Shown piece after piece: positions 28,338 through 37,487 of a stretch of 64,000 nt of DNA; position 1 is the first letter of the stretch; every line of letters begins with the position of its first letter. A program made the position numbers and the translations under genes. Location: IMG/VR virus record IMGVR_UViG_3300020122_000665, positions 1 to 64,000 of that record; one strand, 5' to 3'. Source of the stretch: a virus. The notes beneath the pieces are model-generated. The model did not search any database. It was not told the origin of the DNA and saw only the letters and a list, made by a program, of their open reading frames with translations.

Positions 28338-28781
28338 TCCCGGCCCGCACGCGCCCGGCCCGCACGCGCTGCATCGCGAAGCTCGATCGCGCCGCGCCTC
28401 GCCCGACGGAGGTGACGCTCGACCGCGCCGCCGGGCTCTTCGTCGTCCGCCACGTCGGGCGGCGCCGTCGCTTCGAGCTCGAGATCGAGGTGGTCGCGCA
28501 GATGGTCGCCGAGCGCGTCGTGCACGCCGACCTCAAGAAAGCGCGCCGGGAGAAGGCGCTCGCCCGCGCCGCGCGGCGGAAGGGATCCTGATGCGCGCCC
28601 TGGTGCGTTGCCTCGCTCGCCTTGCCGGCGCGGCGTTGCTGCGCTCCGCGGGAGCGCCTGATCCGATACCGCTCCGTCTGGAGATCGTGCCGCGCGCGCG
28701 CCGCGCGCCCCGGATCCGGGCGGAGCAGCTCTCCCTCGATCTGGCTGTACCTCGAATCGACCGCTTGGAGGAGCGCTCCCG

Positions 28782-29495
28782 ATGATCTTCGAACTCGACT
28801 CCGACCTATCACGTCGAGATACGACGTGGGAGAAGGCGCGCTACCTCGAGCAGCTCCCGCTCGGCGCCGCGCCCGGATCGCGCGGGTGGGTCCACCGCTC
28901 GCTCCGCCTCCGCATCGCGGAGTCTCGCGCCGACTGCGCGCTCGCCGCCGACATCGTGAAGCACCGCCACTACCACCGAAAGTGGCCCTGCCCGCCGAAG
29001 ACGCTGATGATGAGCTACCTCTCCAGCCTCGACGGCGTCGGCGGGCTCGACGCCGCGGGCCTCGTGTCCGTGGCGCTGCTGCCCAACCGCTACCACGTGC
29101 GCGAGGCGCTCGGACTCTCGCAGCTCGAGTGCCTGACGCTGGTTCGCATGTGGCGCGCCGACGACCTCGTGCCGACGATCGCGCCCGATCTCACGCCGGA
29201 GACGCTCCGCCGCGTCGTGCGCGGCGAGAGAAACCGCGGCCCGCTGCGCGGGGTGCGCGACGAGTGGATCGCGCGCAAGTGCCGCGCGGACGGGCTGCGC
29301 GCCGCGCCTCGCCTGCTCGCCACCTACGCCGATCCGGCGCTCGGGCACGACGGCGCGACCTACGTCGCCGCTGGCGCCGTCGACTGCGGCCGCGCGCGCT
29401 GCGGGAAGCTGCTCTTCGCGTGGGGGCTCGACGAGGAGACCCGCAACAACCTGGCCGCGCTCGGGCGCGCCGTCGCCGAAAGGACCGCCGCATGA
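28782..29495 (+). CDS. Mom-like GNAT-fold DNA modification protein
   Basis: HRHY...LTLVRMW...LATYADPALGHDGATYVAAG matches the Mom-family SYAD..GH.G.IY.A pattern. Confidence 0.65.
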   Translation: MIFELDSDLSRRDTTWEKARYLEQLPLGAAPGSRGWVHRSLRLRIAESRADCALAADIVKHRHYHRKWPCPPKTLMMSYLSSLDGVGGLDAAGLVSVALLPNRYHVREALGLSQLECLTLVRMWRADDLVPTIAPDLTPETLRRVVRGERNRGPLRGVRDEWIARKCRADGLRAAPRLLATYADPALGHDGATYVAAGAVDCGRARCGKLLFAWGLDEETRNNLAALGRAVAERTAA

Positions 29496-29706
29496 GACCG
29501 ATCTACTTCAGCGCATCGATCTCCATCCCCTGGTGGAAGCACAAGCGGAAACCGCTGTTTCACCACGAGCCGGCGAACGTCCTCCGCAGCGGGCTCACGA
29601 TGTCGCAGCCCTCGTCGCACATCCACGTCGGCCCCCTTCACATCGGAATCGTGTGGCGCGAGTCCGACGAGGCGAAGGCGAAGCGCCTCGTCGAGGCGGA
29701 AAGCCG

Positions 29707-31746
29707 ATGAAGTCGAAACCGAAGCGCGCGACGCGTCGGCCGCCGATGCTACGCCTGCACACCGAAGATCTGGTGATCGACAACTTCGCCGGCGGCGGCG
29801 GCGCCAGCCTCGGTATCGAGTGGGCGCTCGGCCGCTCGCCGGACATCGCGGTCAACCACGATCCCGAGGCGCTCGCGATGCACGCCGCCAACCACCCCGA
29901 CACGAAGCACCTCTGCGAGTCGGTGTGGGATGTCGACCCGCGGAAGGTGTGCGGCGACAAGCAAGTCGAGCTCGCGTGGTTCTCGCCAGATTGCACATAC
30001 CATTCAAAAGCCCGAGGCGGAAAGCCCTTCCGCGATCGCAACAAGGCGCGCCGCCGGCGCGGCCTCGCCTGGGTCGTCGTTCGATGGGCCGAGGCGAGGA
30101 AACCCCGGCTAATCATGCTCGAGAACGTCGAGGAGTTCGAGGATTGGGGGCCGCTCCTCGACGACGGCACGCCCGACAAGACTCGCGCCGGGTTCACCTT
30201 CCGTCGGTGGGTCGCGCGCCTCCGCAACCTCGGCTACGACGTCGACTGGCGCCAGCTCCGCGCGTGCGACTACGGCGCGCCGACGACGCGCAAGCGGCTC
30301 TTCCTGATCGCGCGCTGCGACGGGCTTCCGATCGTGTGGCCCGAGGCGACGCACGCCCCGCCGGCGGTCGCCGCGGCGAAGGGCCTCAAGCCCTACCGCA
30401 CCGCCGCCGAGTGCATCGACTGGTCGATCCCCTGCCCGTCGATCTTCCTCACCAACGCCGAGGGCAAGAAGATCGGCGTGAAGCGGCCGCTCTCCGACAA
30501 CACGCTGCGGCGCATCGCGCGAGGCATCAAGAAGTTCGTCCTCGACGCCAAGGACCCATTCATCGTCCCCGATGCCGACCGCCGGCCGAAAGCGATGGTT
30601 CCATTCATCGCGCCTGTTTCGCACACCGGCGTCCGACCGAGCGGCACCAGCGTCGACGCTCGCGTGCATTCGATCAACGAGCCACTCCCGACGGTCACCG
30701 GAGCGCGCCGCGGCGAGAAGGCGCTCGTGCAGCCATTCCTCACGCCGGTCAAGACGTGGGGCGGCGGCGGCAACGAGCCGCGCTCCATCAACGAGCCGAT
30801 GCGGACCACGACCACGTCGAAGCGTGGAGAGCACGCCATCGTCGCGCCGCTCCTCGCGCGCATCGGGCAAACCGGCGGAAACGGCGACTACTCGAACGAC
30901 GCGCGCACCCCGCTCACCACCGTCACCACAAAGGCGGAGCACCTCCTCATCGCGCCGACGCTGATCCAGACCTCCTACGGCGAGCGCAAGGGCCAGAAGC
31001 CGCGCACGCTCGACCTGCACGCGCCGCTCGGCACCGTCGTCGGGCAGGGAGTGAAGCACTCGGTCGTCTCCGCATTCCTGGCGAAGCACTACGGCGGCCC
31101 GGGCGTGGAGCGCATCACCAAGCAGCCGGCCGGGACGTCGATGGATGCGCCGGTCGACACCATCACACAGCGCGACCACCACACGGTCATCGAGGCGCAG
31201 CTCGAGCCCTGGCTCGACGACCACGACAACACGGACCCCGACGGGGCCGAATACGAGGGTGGATTCTTCGGGCCCACCATCGAAGCCTCGCATTTGGTCC
31301 ACCTGCGCGGTGGCGTCGACGACCACCCCAACACCGCGCAGGCCGTCGAGGAGCCGCTGCCGACGGTCACGGCGAACGGGAACCACATCGCCGAGGTCCG
31401 CGCGCTGCTGATCAAATACTACGGCACCGACCAGGACCCGCAGCTCGGCGAGCCGCTCCACACCGTCACCACCAAGGACCGCTTCGCGCTGATCGTGACG
31501 ATCCACGGCGTCGACTACGAGATCGTCGACATCGGAATGCGGATGCTCTCGCCGCGCGAGCTCTTCCGCGCGCAGGGCTTCCCCGACTCCTACGACATCG
31601 AGTCGGAGTGGGAAGGCGTGAAGCTCACCAAGACCTCGCAGGTCCGCATGTGCGGCAACGCGGTAAGCCCCGTCATGTCGGAGGCGCTGGCGAAGGCGAA
31701 CTACGTCCGTCGGATGGGCGATCTCGCCGCCGGATGCGTGTCCTGA
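29707..31746 (+). CDS. dcm: DNA (cytosine-5) methyltransferase
   Basis: DNFAGGGG, FSPDC, MLENV, DYGAPTTRKR, GNAV; long variable region with repeated EPLPTVT units. Confidence 0.92.
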   Translation: MKSKPKRATRRPPMLRLHTEDLVIDNFAGGGGASLGIEWALGRSPDIAVNHDPEALAMHAANHPDTKHLCESVWDVDPRKVCGDKQVELAWFSPDCTYHSKARGGKPFRDRNKARRRRGLAWVVVRWAEARKPRLIMLENVEEFEDWGPLLDDGTPDKTRAGFTFRRWVARLRNLGYDVDWRQLRACDYGAPTTRKRLFLIARCDGLPIVWPEATHAPPAVAAAKGLKPYRTAAECIDWSIPCPSIFLTNAEGKKIGVKRPLSDNTLRRIARGIKKFVLDAKDPFIVPDADRRPKAMVPFIAPVSHTGVRPSGTSVDARVHSINEPLPTVTGARRGEKALVQPFLTPVKTWGGGGNEPRSINEPMRTTTTSKRGEHAIVAPLLARIGQTGGNGDYSNDARTPLTTVTTKAEHLLIAPTLIQTSYGERKGQKPRTLDLHAPLGTVVGQGVKHSVVSAFLAKHYGGPGVERITKQPAGTSMDAPVDTITQRDHHTVIEAQLEPWLDDHDNTDPDGAEYEGGFFGPTIEASHLVHLRGGVDDHPNTAQAVEEPLPTVTANGNHIAEVRALLIKYYGTDQDPQLGEPLHTVTTKDRFALIVTIHGVDYEIVDIGMRMLSPRELFRAQGFPDSYDIESEWEGVKLTKTSQVRMCGNAVSPVMSEALAKANYVRRMGDLAAGCVS

Positions 31747-31969
31747 TGGCGAAGCTCAGCGAAGAGGAACGATTGGCGGCCACGACGCGTCGGATCCTCC
31801 GGGATAAGCGGCGTGCCGACAAAGTCCCCGATCGATCTGCGCAGTGCGGAATCTCCTACTACAGCCAGAGCCCTCGGCAGCGCGAGGAAGGGACGTATTG
31901 GAAGGAGTGCCATCGCTGCAAGAAGCCGCTCGACTATCAACCCGTGGCGACCAGAAGGGAGTGCATCCC

Positions 31970-33367
31970 ATGAGGCAGGAAGCCCTATTCGGCGGCGCGC
32001 GGCTTCAGATGAGCGATTCCATCCGCTTGACGATCGAATCTCTGTTCACCTACGGGTCGACCCATCAGCATTGGGCGATCGCGTGGTCGGGAGGGAAGGA
32101 CTCGACGGTCCTGCTGACGATGGTCGTATGGATCCTGCTCTCAGCCAGGGAAGCGCGCCGCGGGGCGTTCATCATCAACGCCGAAATCACGGCTCTGTTG
32201 CGCCTGCTCCGCGCCCCGAAGTCTCTGACAGTGCTTTACGCGGACACGCGCATGGAGATCCCCCCGCTGTGGCAGGCGGCCTGCTCGATTCGCGACGAGC
32301 TGACCGACAAGGCCGCTGATCTCGCCGAGAACGGCTGCACGCTCGTCGTGCGCACTGTGATGGCGCCGATCGATCATCGATTCTTCGTCTACATGCTCGG
32401 GCGCGGCGTTCCGCCTCCGTCGACTAGATTTCGGTGGTGCACCGATAAGCTGAAGATCCAGCCGATGGCCGAGGAGCTGCGACGCCTCGTCGAGGCGGAG
32501 CGCCAGACTCCGCCGCCTCCCTCGGAAGCGATCGCCGCCGTGGCTGATGATCTTCGCCAGAAGCTCGGCGACGACTACGAGGTCATTGGTCCGAGGAAGC
32601 TATCCGATAAGATCCTCCTGCTCACCGGGCTCCGCGTCGGTGAGAGCGCTGCGCGCGATGACCGGATCGCGATCGCGTGCGGCCGCGACGGCGGTGAGTG
32701 CGGCCAGGGCTGGTATCAAGAGTCGCTCGACTCGTCATTCTGCGACACGCTGGCGCCCATTCTTCACATGCGCGTCTGCCACGTGTGGGAGTGGCTGAAG
32801 CATTGGGCCGAGCGGATCGAGTTCGGAGACTGGTCGACCGCGCTTCTCGCGGATGCGTACGGCGGCGACGAGGCGGAGGAGAAAAACGCGCGCACCGGCT
32901 GCGTCGACTGCAATCTCGTCGAGGAGGATCGGGCGCTCAAATACAGCAGTCGCCTTGATGGATGGACGCATCTTCAGCTCCTGGTCGGAGCCCTCAAAGC
33001 GATCTACGCGGAGATGAAGAAGCCGCAACACCGGCTACGACAGCCCGGAGGCGAGCGCCGGAAGGATGGAAAGCTGGCGCTCAACCAGCAGCGACTCGGC
33101 CCACTGCTGCTCACGTCGAGGATCCAGTTCCTCGACCAGATCCTCGAAGTGCAGGCGCGCGTGAACGCCGAGGCCGATCGCATCGGAGCCCCGCGCCTCA
33201 ACATCCTCAACGCAGAGGAGGAAGCGCGAATCCGCGAACTGGTGGCGGCGAACACCTGGCCCGACGGATGGAATGGCGACGAGCCGGAGGGCGATGTCAT
33301 GCTCGACAGAATGTTCGCGGACGGGACCATCCAGCCTTTGCTCCGTGGCTTCGGAGAAGGCACATGA
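31970..33367 (+). CDS. PAPS reductase / DndC-like protein
   Basis: AWSGGKDST, YADT, RWCTDKLKIQP, GLRVGESAARD, RTGCVDC. Confidence 0.85.
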   Translation: MRQEALFGGARLQMSDSIRLTIESLFTYGSTHQHWAIAWSGGKDSTVLLTMVVWILLSAREARRGAFIINAEITALLRLLRAPKSLTVLYADTRMEIPPLWQAACSIRDELTDKAADLAENGCTLVVRTVMAPIDHRFFVYMLGRGVPPPSTRFRWCTDKLKIQPMAEELRRLVEAERQTPPPPSEAIAAVADDLRQKLGDDYEVIGPRKLSDKILLLTGLRVGESAARDDRIAIACGRDGGECGQGWYQESLDSSFCDTLAPILHMRVCHVWEWLKHWAERIEFGDWSTALLADAYGGDEAEEKNARTGCVDCNLVEEDRALKYSSRLDGWTHLQLLVGALKAIYAEMKKPQHRLRQPGGERRKDGKLALNQQRLGPLLLTSRIQFLDQILEVQARVNAEADRIGAPRLNILNAEEEARIRELVAANTWPDGWNGDEPEGDVMLDRMFADGTIQPLLRGFGEGT

Positions 33368-33426
33368 TCGCCCTCATCGTCGGCGCGTTCCTCTGCGTCT
33401 CGCCGCCCGTCGAGCACGAACAATGA
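33364..33426 (+). pseudogene. 20-codon remnant duplicating the 5' end of the gene at 33662
   Basis: MIALIVGAFLCVSPPVEHEQ versus MIVLALLLCIPPAIEHEH. Confidence 0.55.
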
Positions 33427-33665
33427 GCAGGCCTCGCAATGTCCGCTGTCCTCGGTGCGGAGGCGTCGAACTGCGGATAAGAGAGAGTTCGATTGCGTAC
33501 ACCTTTTTTGAGCAGGAAGCTGGCGGTATCGTATTCGACGACGGGATACATGAGCACGGATTGATTACGGGCGTGGAGTGCAAGTGCCGTCGCTGCAAGC
33601 ACGAATGGAAGCCGCGCGGTATCACTCAGATCACTGGGTTCGCCGGTTTGAAGGAGAAGCCATGA
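33423..33665 (+). CDS. Zinc-ribbon protein (lower GC)
   Basis: CPRCG...CRRCKHEW; ATGA overlaps at both ends. Confidence 0.65.
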   Translation: MSRPRNVRCPRCGGVELRIRESSIAYTFFEQEAGGIVFDDGIHEHGLITGVECKCRRCKHEWKPRGITQITGFAGLKEKP

Positions 33666-34408
33666 TCGTCCTCGCCCTCCTCCTATGCATCCCGCCCGCG
33701 ATCGAGCACGAGCACCGGGGCCTCCTCAAGCACCGCGCCGCGTCCGAGCAGCCGCCCGTGCGCGTGACCGTCGCCGAGATGCTGGCGTGGCCCGATCCCG
33801 CTGGCGCCTCGGACAAGCGCGTGCGCGCGAGCCAGGAGCCGATCGACGAGCACGAGCGCACGGTGTACGTGCTCGAAGGCGTGGTGGAGCTGGTGCGGCG
33901 GGAGAAGGACTGCGACCTGCACATCGAACTGAGCGAAGGAGCGAGCGATGGATTACGAGAAAGCGCCAGCCGCGACGTGCGAACACGGCATCACAGCGCC
34001 GAACTGGTGCCTACGGTGCGCGGCCGGTGCGGAGCGACGAATCCGATGCAAGCGCGGCCAGTGCGCGCACTGCGGGGGCGATCTACTGGGCAGGAGTTGC
34101 CGTCAGTGCGGCATTCTGAACGATGCTTGCGGAGAGTGCGAGCGCTGCCGCAAACCATAATCGTCGAAATCCCCGGCGAGCTGCACCTCCCTCGCGTGCG
34201 CCGTGGCGATCGCGTGCGCGTCGTCGGGTGGGGGTTCTTCGACGGGGCGCATACGTGGCAGGGGAGGGCCACGCCGTGGGAGCTGCATCCGGTTTGGTCG
34301 GTGAAGAAGCTATCGGATCCGCTTCTTCCCCATCGCTGGCGTCATTCGTGGAGCGCTCGCAAGAAGGTCGCCACCAGGCGACGCGTAGCGCTTCCGCCGT
34401 CCCTCTGA
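33662..34408 (+). CDS. Exported OB-fold-like protein with an in-frame insertion
   Basis: Signal-like N-terminus; DCDLHIEL, IIVEIP, VRVVGWGFFD..H and WELHPV motifs. Confidence 0.55.
   Translation: MIVLALLLCIPPAIEHEHRGLLKHRAASEQPPVRVTVAEMLAWPDPAGASDKRVRASQEPIDEHERTVYVLEGVVELVRREKDCDLHIELSEGASDGLRESASRDVRTRHHSAELVPTVRGRCGATNPMQARPVRALRGRSTGQELPSVRHSERCLRRVRALPQTIIVEIPGELHLPRVRRGDRVRVVGWGFFDGAHTWQGRATPWELHPVWSVKKLSDPLLPHRWRHSWSARKKVATRRRVALPPSL
33948..34160 (+). CDS. Nested Cys-rich 70-aa ORF in a different frame
   Basis: AAGGAG SD; several CxxC pairs (CLRC, CAHC, CRQC, CGEC/CERC). Confidence 0.5.
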   Translation: MDYEKAPAATCEHGITAPNWCLRCAAGAERRIRCKRGQCAHCGGDLLGRSCRQCGILNDACGECERCRKP

Positions 34409-35419
34409 TTCTTGCTCCACAAGAATCGGACGTTCTGCGGCGAGCCGGATCCGGTAGCAGTTGCCCTCCTTCCGCTCCGCCGGCGACTTGACCTCCTCGA
34501 CGGGAATCCCTTCGGTCCTCATCGTCGCCAGCCACTGATAGACCTGCGGCCGGCTACGCCCGACGAGGCGCGCGAGCGAACGCACGGTCTTCGGCCCGGC
34601 GAGGAGCGCGACGATCACCTGCGACATCGCCGCCGCCGCGCTCTTGCGCCGCTTCTCCTCCTTCGCCGCCGTCGGGTCGGGCTTCGCCCACGGCAACAGC
34701 TCGCGCAGGCGCTCCTTGCCCTTCATCTCGATCTGGCGCACGCGCGTCGGGTGCAATCGATCGCCGGCCGCCGACGTCACGCCGACCGCCTTCAGGTCGA
34801 CGCCGTCCGCGCGCTCGAGCAGCACCTGGCGCTCGCGCGCCGGAAGGCGGTCTACCGCGCGACGCACGAGCACACCCTCTTGCGCGCGCACCGCCGCCGT
34901 CTCCGAGCTCTCCGCATCGTCGGCGATCGTGTCCCCGAGGGGTCGCCCATCGGCGCCGTGCACCGGGGCGTCCATCGCCGCGTCCGACGCCATGCGCAGC
35001 CGTGCCGCCGTGTTCGCGCCATCCGCCGTCGCCGGATCCGCGCGCCGCAGGGCCTTCTCGACCCGCTGCGGCGACGACAGGATGTCGATCGGCAGCTTCA
35101 TCGCGCGCGCGTTCTCGGTGACCCACCGCTGCATCGCCCGCAGGACAGGCTTCGAGAAGTAGCTCAGCGGCGACACGCCGCGCGCCGGGTCGAACGTGGG
35201 CGCCGCCTCCATGATCGCGATCGCTCCCTCGGAGTCGAGGTCGTCGATCGCCGCGTCGGGGAGGCCGAGCTTCAGGAACTGCCGCGCGCGCCGGCGGCGG
35301 AACCCCTGCGTCGCCGCCAGCACCGCGCCCATCGCGTCCTTGTCTCCCTCGCGGAGCCGCGCGAGGATGGCGACGAGGCGCTCCGACAGCTCGCCGCCCG
35401 CCTGCTGCTGCTGCGTCAC
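34310..35419 (-). CDS. Second phage sigma-70 family factor with an extra C-terminal HTH
   Basis: DDLDSEGAIAIMEAAPTFDPARG; LPARERQVL...TRVRQIE; C-terminal TVRSLARLVGRSRPQVYQWL. Confidence 0.8.
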   Translation of the reverse strand: MTQQQQAGGELSERLVAILARLREGDKDAMGAVLAATQGFRRRRARQFLKLGLPDAAIDDLDSEGAIAIMEAAPTFDPARGVSPLSYFSKPVLRAMQRWVTENARAMKLPIDILSSPQRVEKALRRADPATADGANTAARLRMASDAAMDAPVHGADGRPLGDTIADDAESSETAAVRAQEGVLVRRAVDRLPARERQVLLERADGVDLKAVGVTSAAGDRLHPTRVRQIEMKGKERLRELLPWAKPDPTAAKEEKRRKSAAAAMSQVIVALLAGPKTVRSLARLVGRSRPQVYQWLATMRTEGIPVEEVKSPAERKEGNCYRIRLAAERPILVEQESEGRRKRYASPGGDLLASAPRMTPAMGKKRIR

Positions 35420-35627
35420 CGTCGCGCGGCGCGCCGCGCGCGCTCGCCAGCGTTCATCTCGGTGCGAACCCGGTCCGCGGCTCCATCGAGCAGGTCAATC
35501 ACCTGGCGGTCGGTGAGACGATGCACGAACCGCTGCTTCCGGCACACCTCGTCGATCGCCGCGCGCGCGGCGCGCAGCCCTGCCAGATCTGGCGGCTCGA
35601 TGTGACCCTTCCTCGGCGGCTTCGTTT

Positions 35628-36329
35628 TCATGGCGCTCCTTCGATTAGCGAGAGTTGCGGCTGCTTCGGTGGGAGGAGGTACTTCTCGAGTTCCGACGCC
35701 GGCGCGAGATGGCCGAGGACACGCTCCTCCTTCGGGAATCGACGGAGGAGCCGATACTGGCCGACGGTGCGCGAGCGCGACGCGGGCGGGCCCCACACGA
35801 ACCATGAGTAGGGCGTGCTGTCGCCGCTCTTCTTTTCGCCGGGCTTCGGCTTGATGAACTTCACCCGGCCAACCCGATCGTCGTCGGGCATCATCGGCGA
35901 GAATAGCTTCTGCCGCTCCTCGCTGTCGCCGACCCACTGCGTGCGCTCGAGGCAGACCACCCAGTCGGCGATCGCCAGTGCGAGGAGCACGAACGCGACC
36001 GCGGCGGGGAACGGAGGGTTGAACATCGCCACGTCGAAGTGCGGCATCCGCCTCAGATCGGCGGCGCGCTCCTCCAGCGCGCCGATGATCGTGCGCGCGC
36101 CGAGCGCTTCAAGGCGCGGCCGGCACTCGTCGCGCAGCTCGAGCGCCGTCCACTCGATGTCGCGGCGCACGGCGTTGACCGCTCGGATGATGTCGCCATC
36201 GCCGGCGCCGAGCTCAACCCAACGGCCGCCGGGCAGCGAGCGCGCTTCCAACTCCGCGCGCACGACATACGACGGAGTCGGGTAGAAGTCGGCGATTGAG
36301 CGCTCGCCGCCGCGGTTGGTGCTGCTCAC
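35628..36329 (-). CDS. Amino-methyltransferase (N6-adenine type)
   Basis: DFYPTP, VELGAGDG, FNPPF. Confidence 0.8.
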   Translation of the reverse strand: MSSTNRGGERSIADFYPTPSYVVRAELEARSLPGGRWVELGAGDGDIIRAVNAVRRDIEWTALELRDECRPRLEALGARTIIGALEERAADLRRMPHFDVAMFNPPFPAAVAFVLLALAIADWVVCLERTQWVGDSEERQKLFSPMMPDDDRVGRVKFIKPKPGEKKSGDSTPYSWFVWGPPASRSRTVGQYRLLRRFPKEERVLGHLAPASELEKYLLPPKQPQLSLIEGAP

Positions 36330-36631
36330 GCCCTCCGACTCCTTGTCTCGTCGTCGAGGATGAACAGCAGGCAGCAGATCGCGTGCGCCAGGTGCGGCAG
36401 GCCCGAGTCGGGATCGTTCGCCTCACCGGCCCACCACGCGATGACGTGGCGGAGCGTGGCCGCGTAGTAACGGCGGCGGAGGCTCTTCACGCGCCTCCAG
36501 TTGTCGTCGCCGTAGATCGACGCTCCGAAGCCGAGCGCCTTCACGACGAGGCGCGCCGCGCGCGGCGGAAGAAGATCCCACCGATCTTTTTCGGCGTCGA
36601 GCTTGAGCCCAATCTTTCGCGTCGCTACCAC
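36326..36631 (-). CDS. dATP/dGTP diphosphohydrolase domain protein (DUF5664-like)
   Basis: KLDAEKDRWDLLP...FGASIYGDDNW...RHVIAWWAGEANDPDSGLPHLAHAICCLLF. Confidence 0.8.
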   Translation of the reverse strand: MVATRKIGLKLDAEKDRWDLLPPRAARLVVKALGFGASIYGDDNWRRVKSLRRRYYAATLRHVIAWWAGEANDPDSGLPHLAHAICCLLFILDDETRSRRA

Positions 36632-37029
36632 TGCGGCCCCCGCAGCTCCACCGGGATCGCCGGCACGGCCCGGCCGCGCGGTCTCCCCGTGCCCGGCGGT
36701 GGCGGCGGCGCCGCGGCTCGCTCGCGCGCCACCTGCTGCGGCGTCACCCGACGCACGCCGACGCTCCCCGCGGCCGCCCTCGCTCGCTCGAGGATCGCCG
36801 CCTTCGGAAGCGGCGGCGCGGGCCTCGCGGGCGACGGCGCCTGCCGCGCCGGCGCGAGGTGGCGCGACTGCTCGATCCCAGGAGCGACGCCGATCACCGC
36901 GGCGAGCGCGCGCTCCGTGATATCCGACATCGACTCGCCGTGGTCGAGCCCGTACTCGCGGAGCCTGGCGTAGGTCGTGCCGCGAATGGAGATCGACTTC
37001 CGGGTCTGCTTCTTCGCCATCTTCGTCAT
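36625..37029 (-). CDS. Ribbon-helix-helix-like DNA-binding protein
   Basis: RKSISIRGTTYARLREY...SMSDITERAL. Confidence 0.55.
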   Translation of the reverse strand: MTKMAKKQTRKSISIRGTTYARLREYGLDHGESMSDITERALAAVIGVAPGIEQSRHLAPARQAPSPARPAPPLPKAAILERARAAAGSVGVRRVTPQQVARERAAAPPPPPGTGRPRGRAVPAIPVELRGPQW

Positions 37030-37487
37030 GCCTCCTTCGTCGCCGCGGCAGCGTCGGCCGCGCGCTGCGGGCAGTTCGTCTGGTCGTGGTCGGACACCAG
37101 CTTTCGGCAGTAGCCGCAGCGACGGCGGTACTTGTGATCCGGGTCTTGGCGCAGCTCGCGAAGGTGCGGCTCGCAGCGCGTCTTACCGGGCGCCAGTGGC
37201 TCCTTGCAGCCGCCCACCATGCACTCGCCGTTCTTCTTCTTCGCGGCGCGCCACTGCTCGTTGGTTTTCCGCCGGTGCTCCTTGTGGCACTGAGCGCAGC
37301 GATCCGAGCGCTGCCCGGGGCGGCGCTCGAATGACTTGTGGCACTCGACGCACTCTGACGACCCGCTCGTCGCGGTGGCGAACTTCGGCGCACCGAGCAT
37401 CGCGCGGTCGACGAGGAAGCGGTAGCGGCGCAACTCCTCGTCGCGCTCGGCAAGCTGCTTCGTGAGCTGCTCTTCGAGATCGGTCAC
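37026..37487 (-). CDS. Zinc-finger protein
   Basis: CVEC, CAQC and CGYC motifs. Confidence 0.55.
   Translation of the reverse strand: MTDLEEQLTKQLAERDEELRRYRFLVDRAMLGAPKFATATSGSSECVECHKSFERRPGQRSDRCAQCHKEHRRKTNEQWRAAKKKNGECMVGGCKEPLAPGKTRCEPHLRELRQDPDHKYRRRCGYCRKLVSDHDQTNCPQRAADAAAATKEA

Noticed and set aside
31970-33367. Complete Dnd phosphorothioation system
   Set aside because: Only a DndC-like gene is present; no DndA/B/D/E in the window
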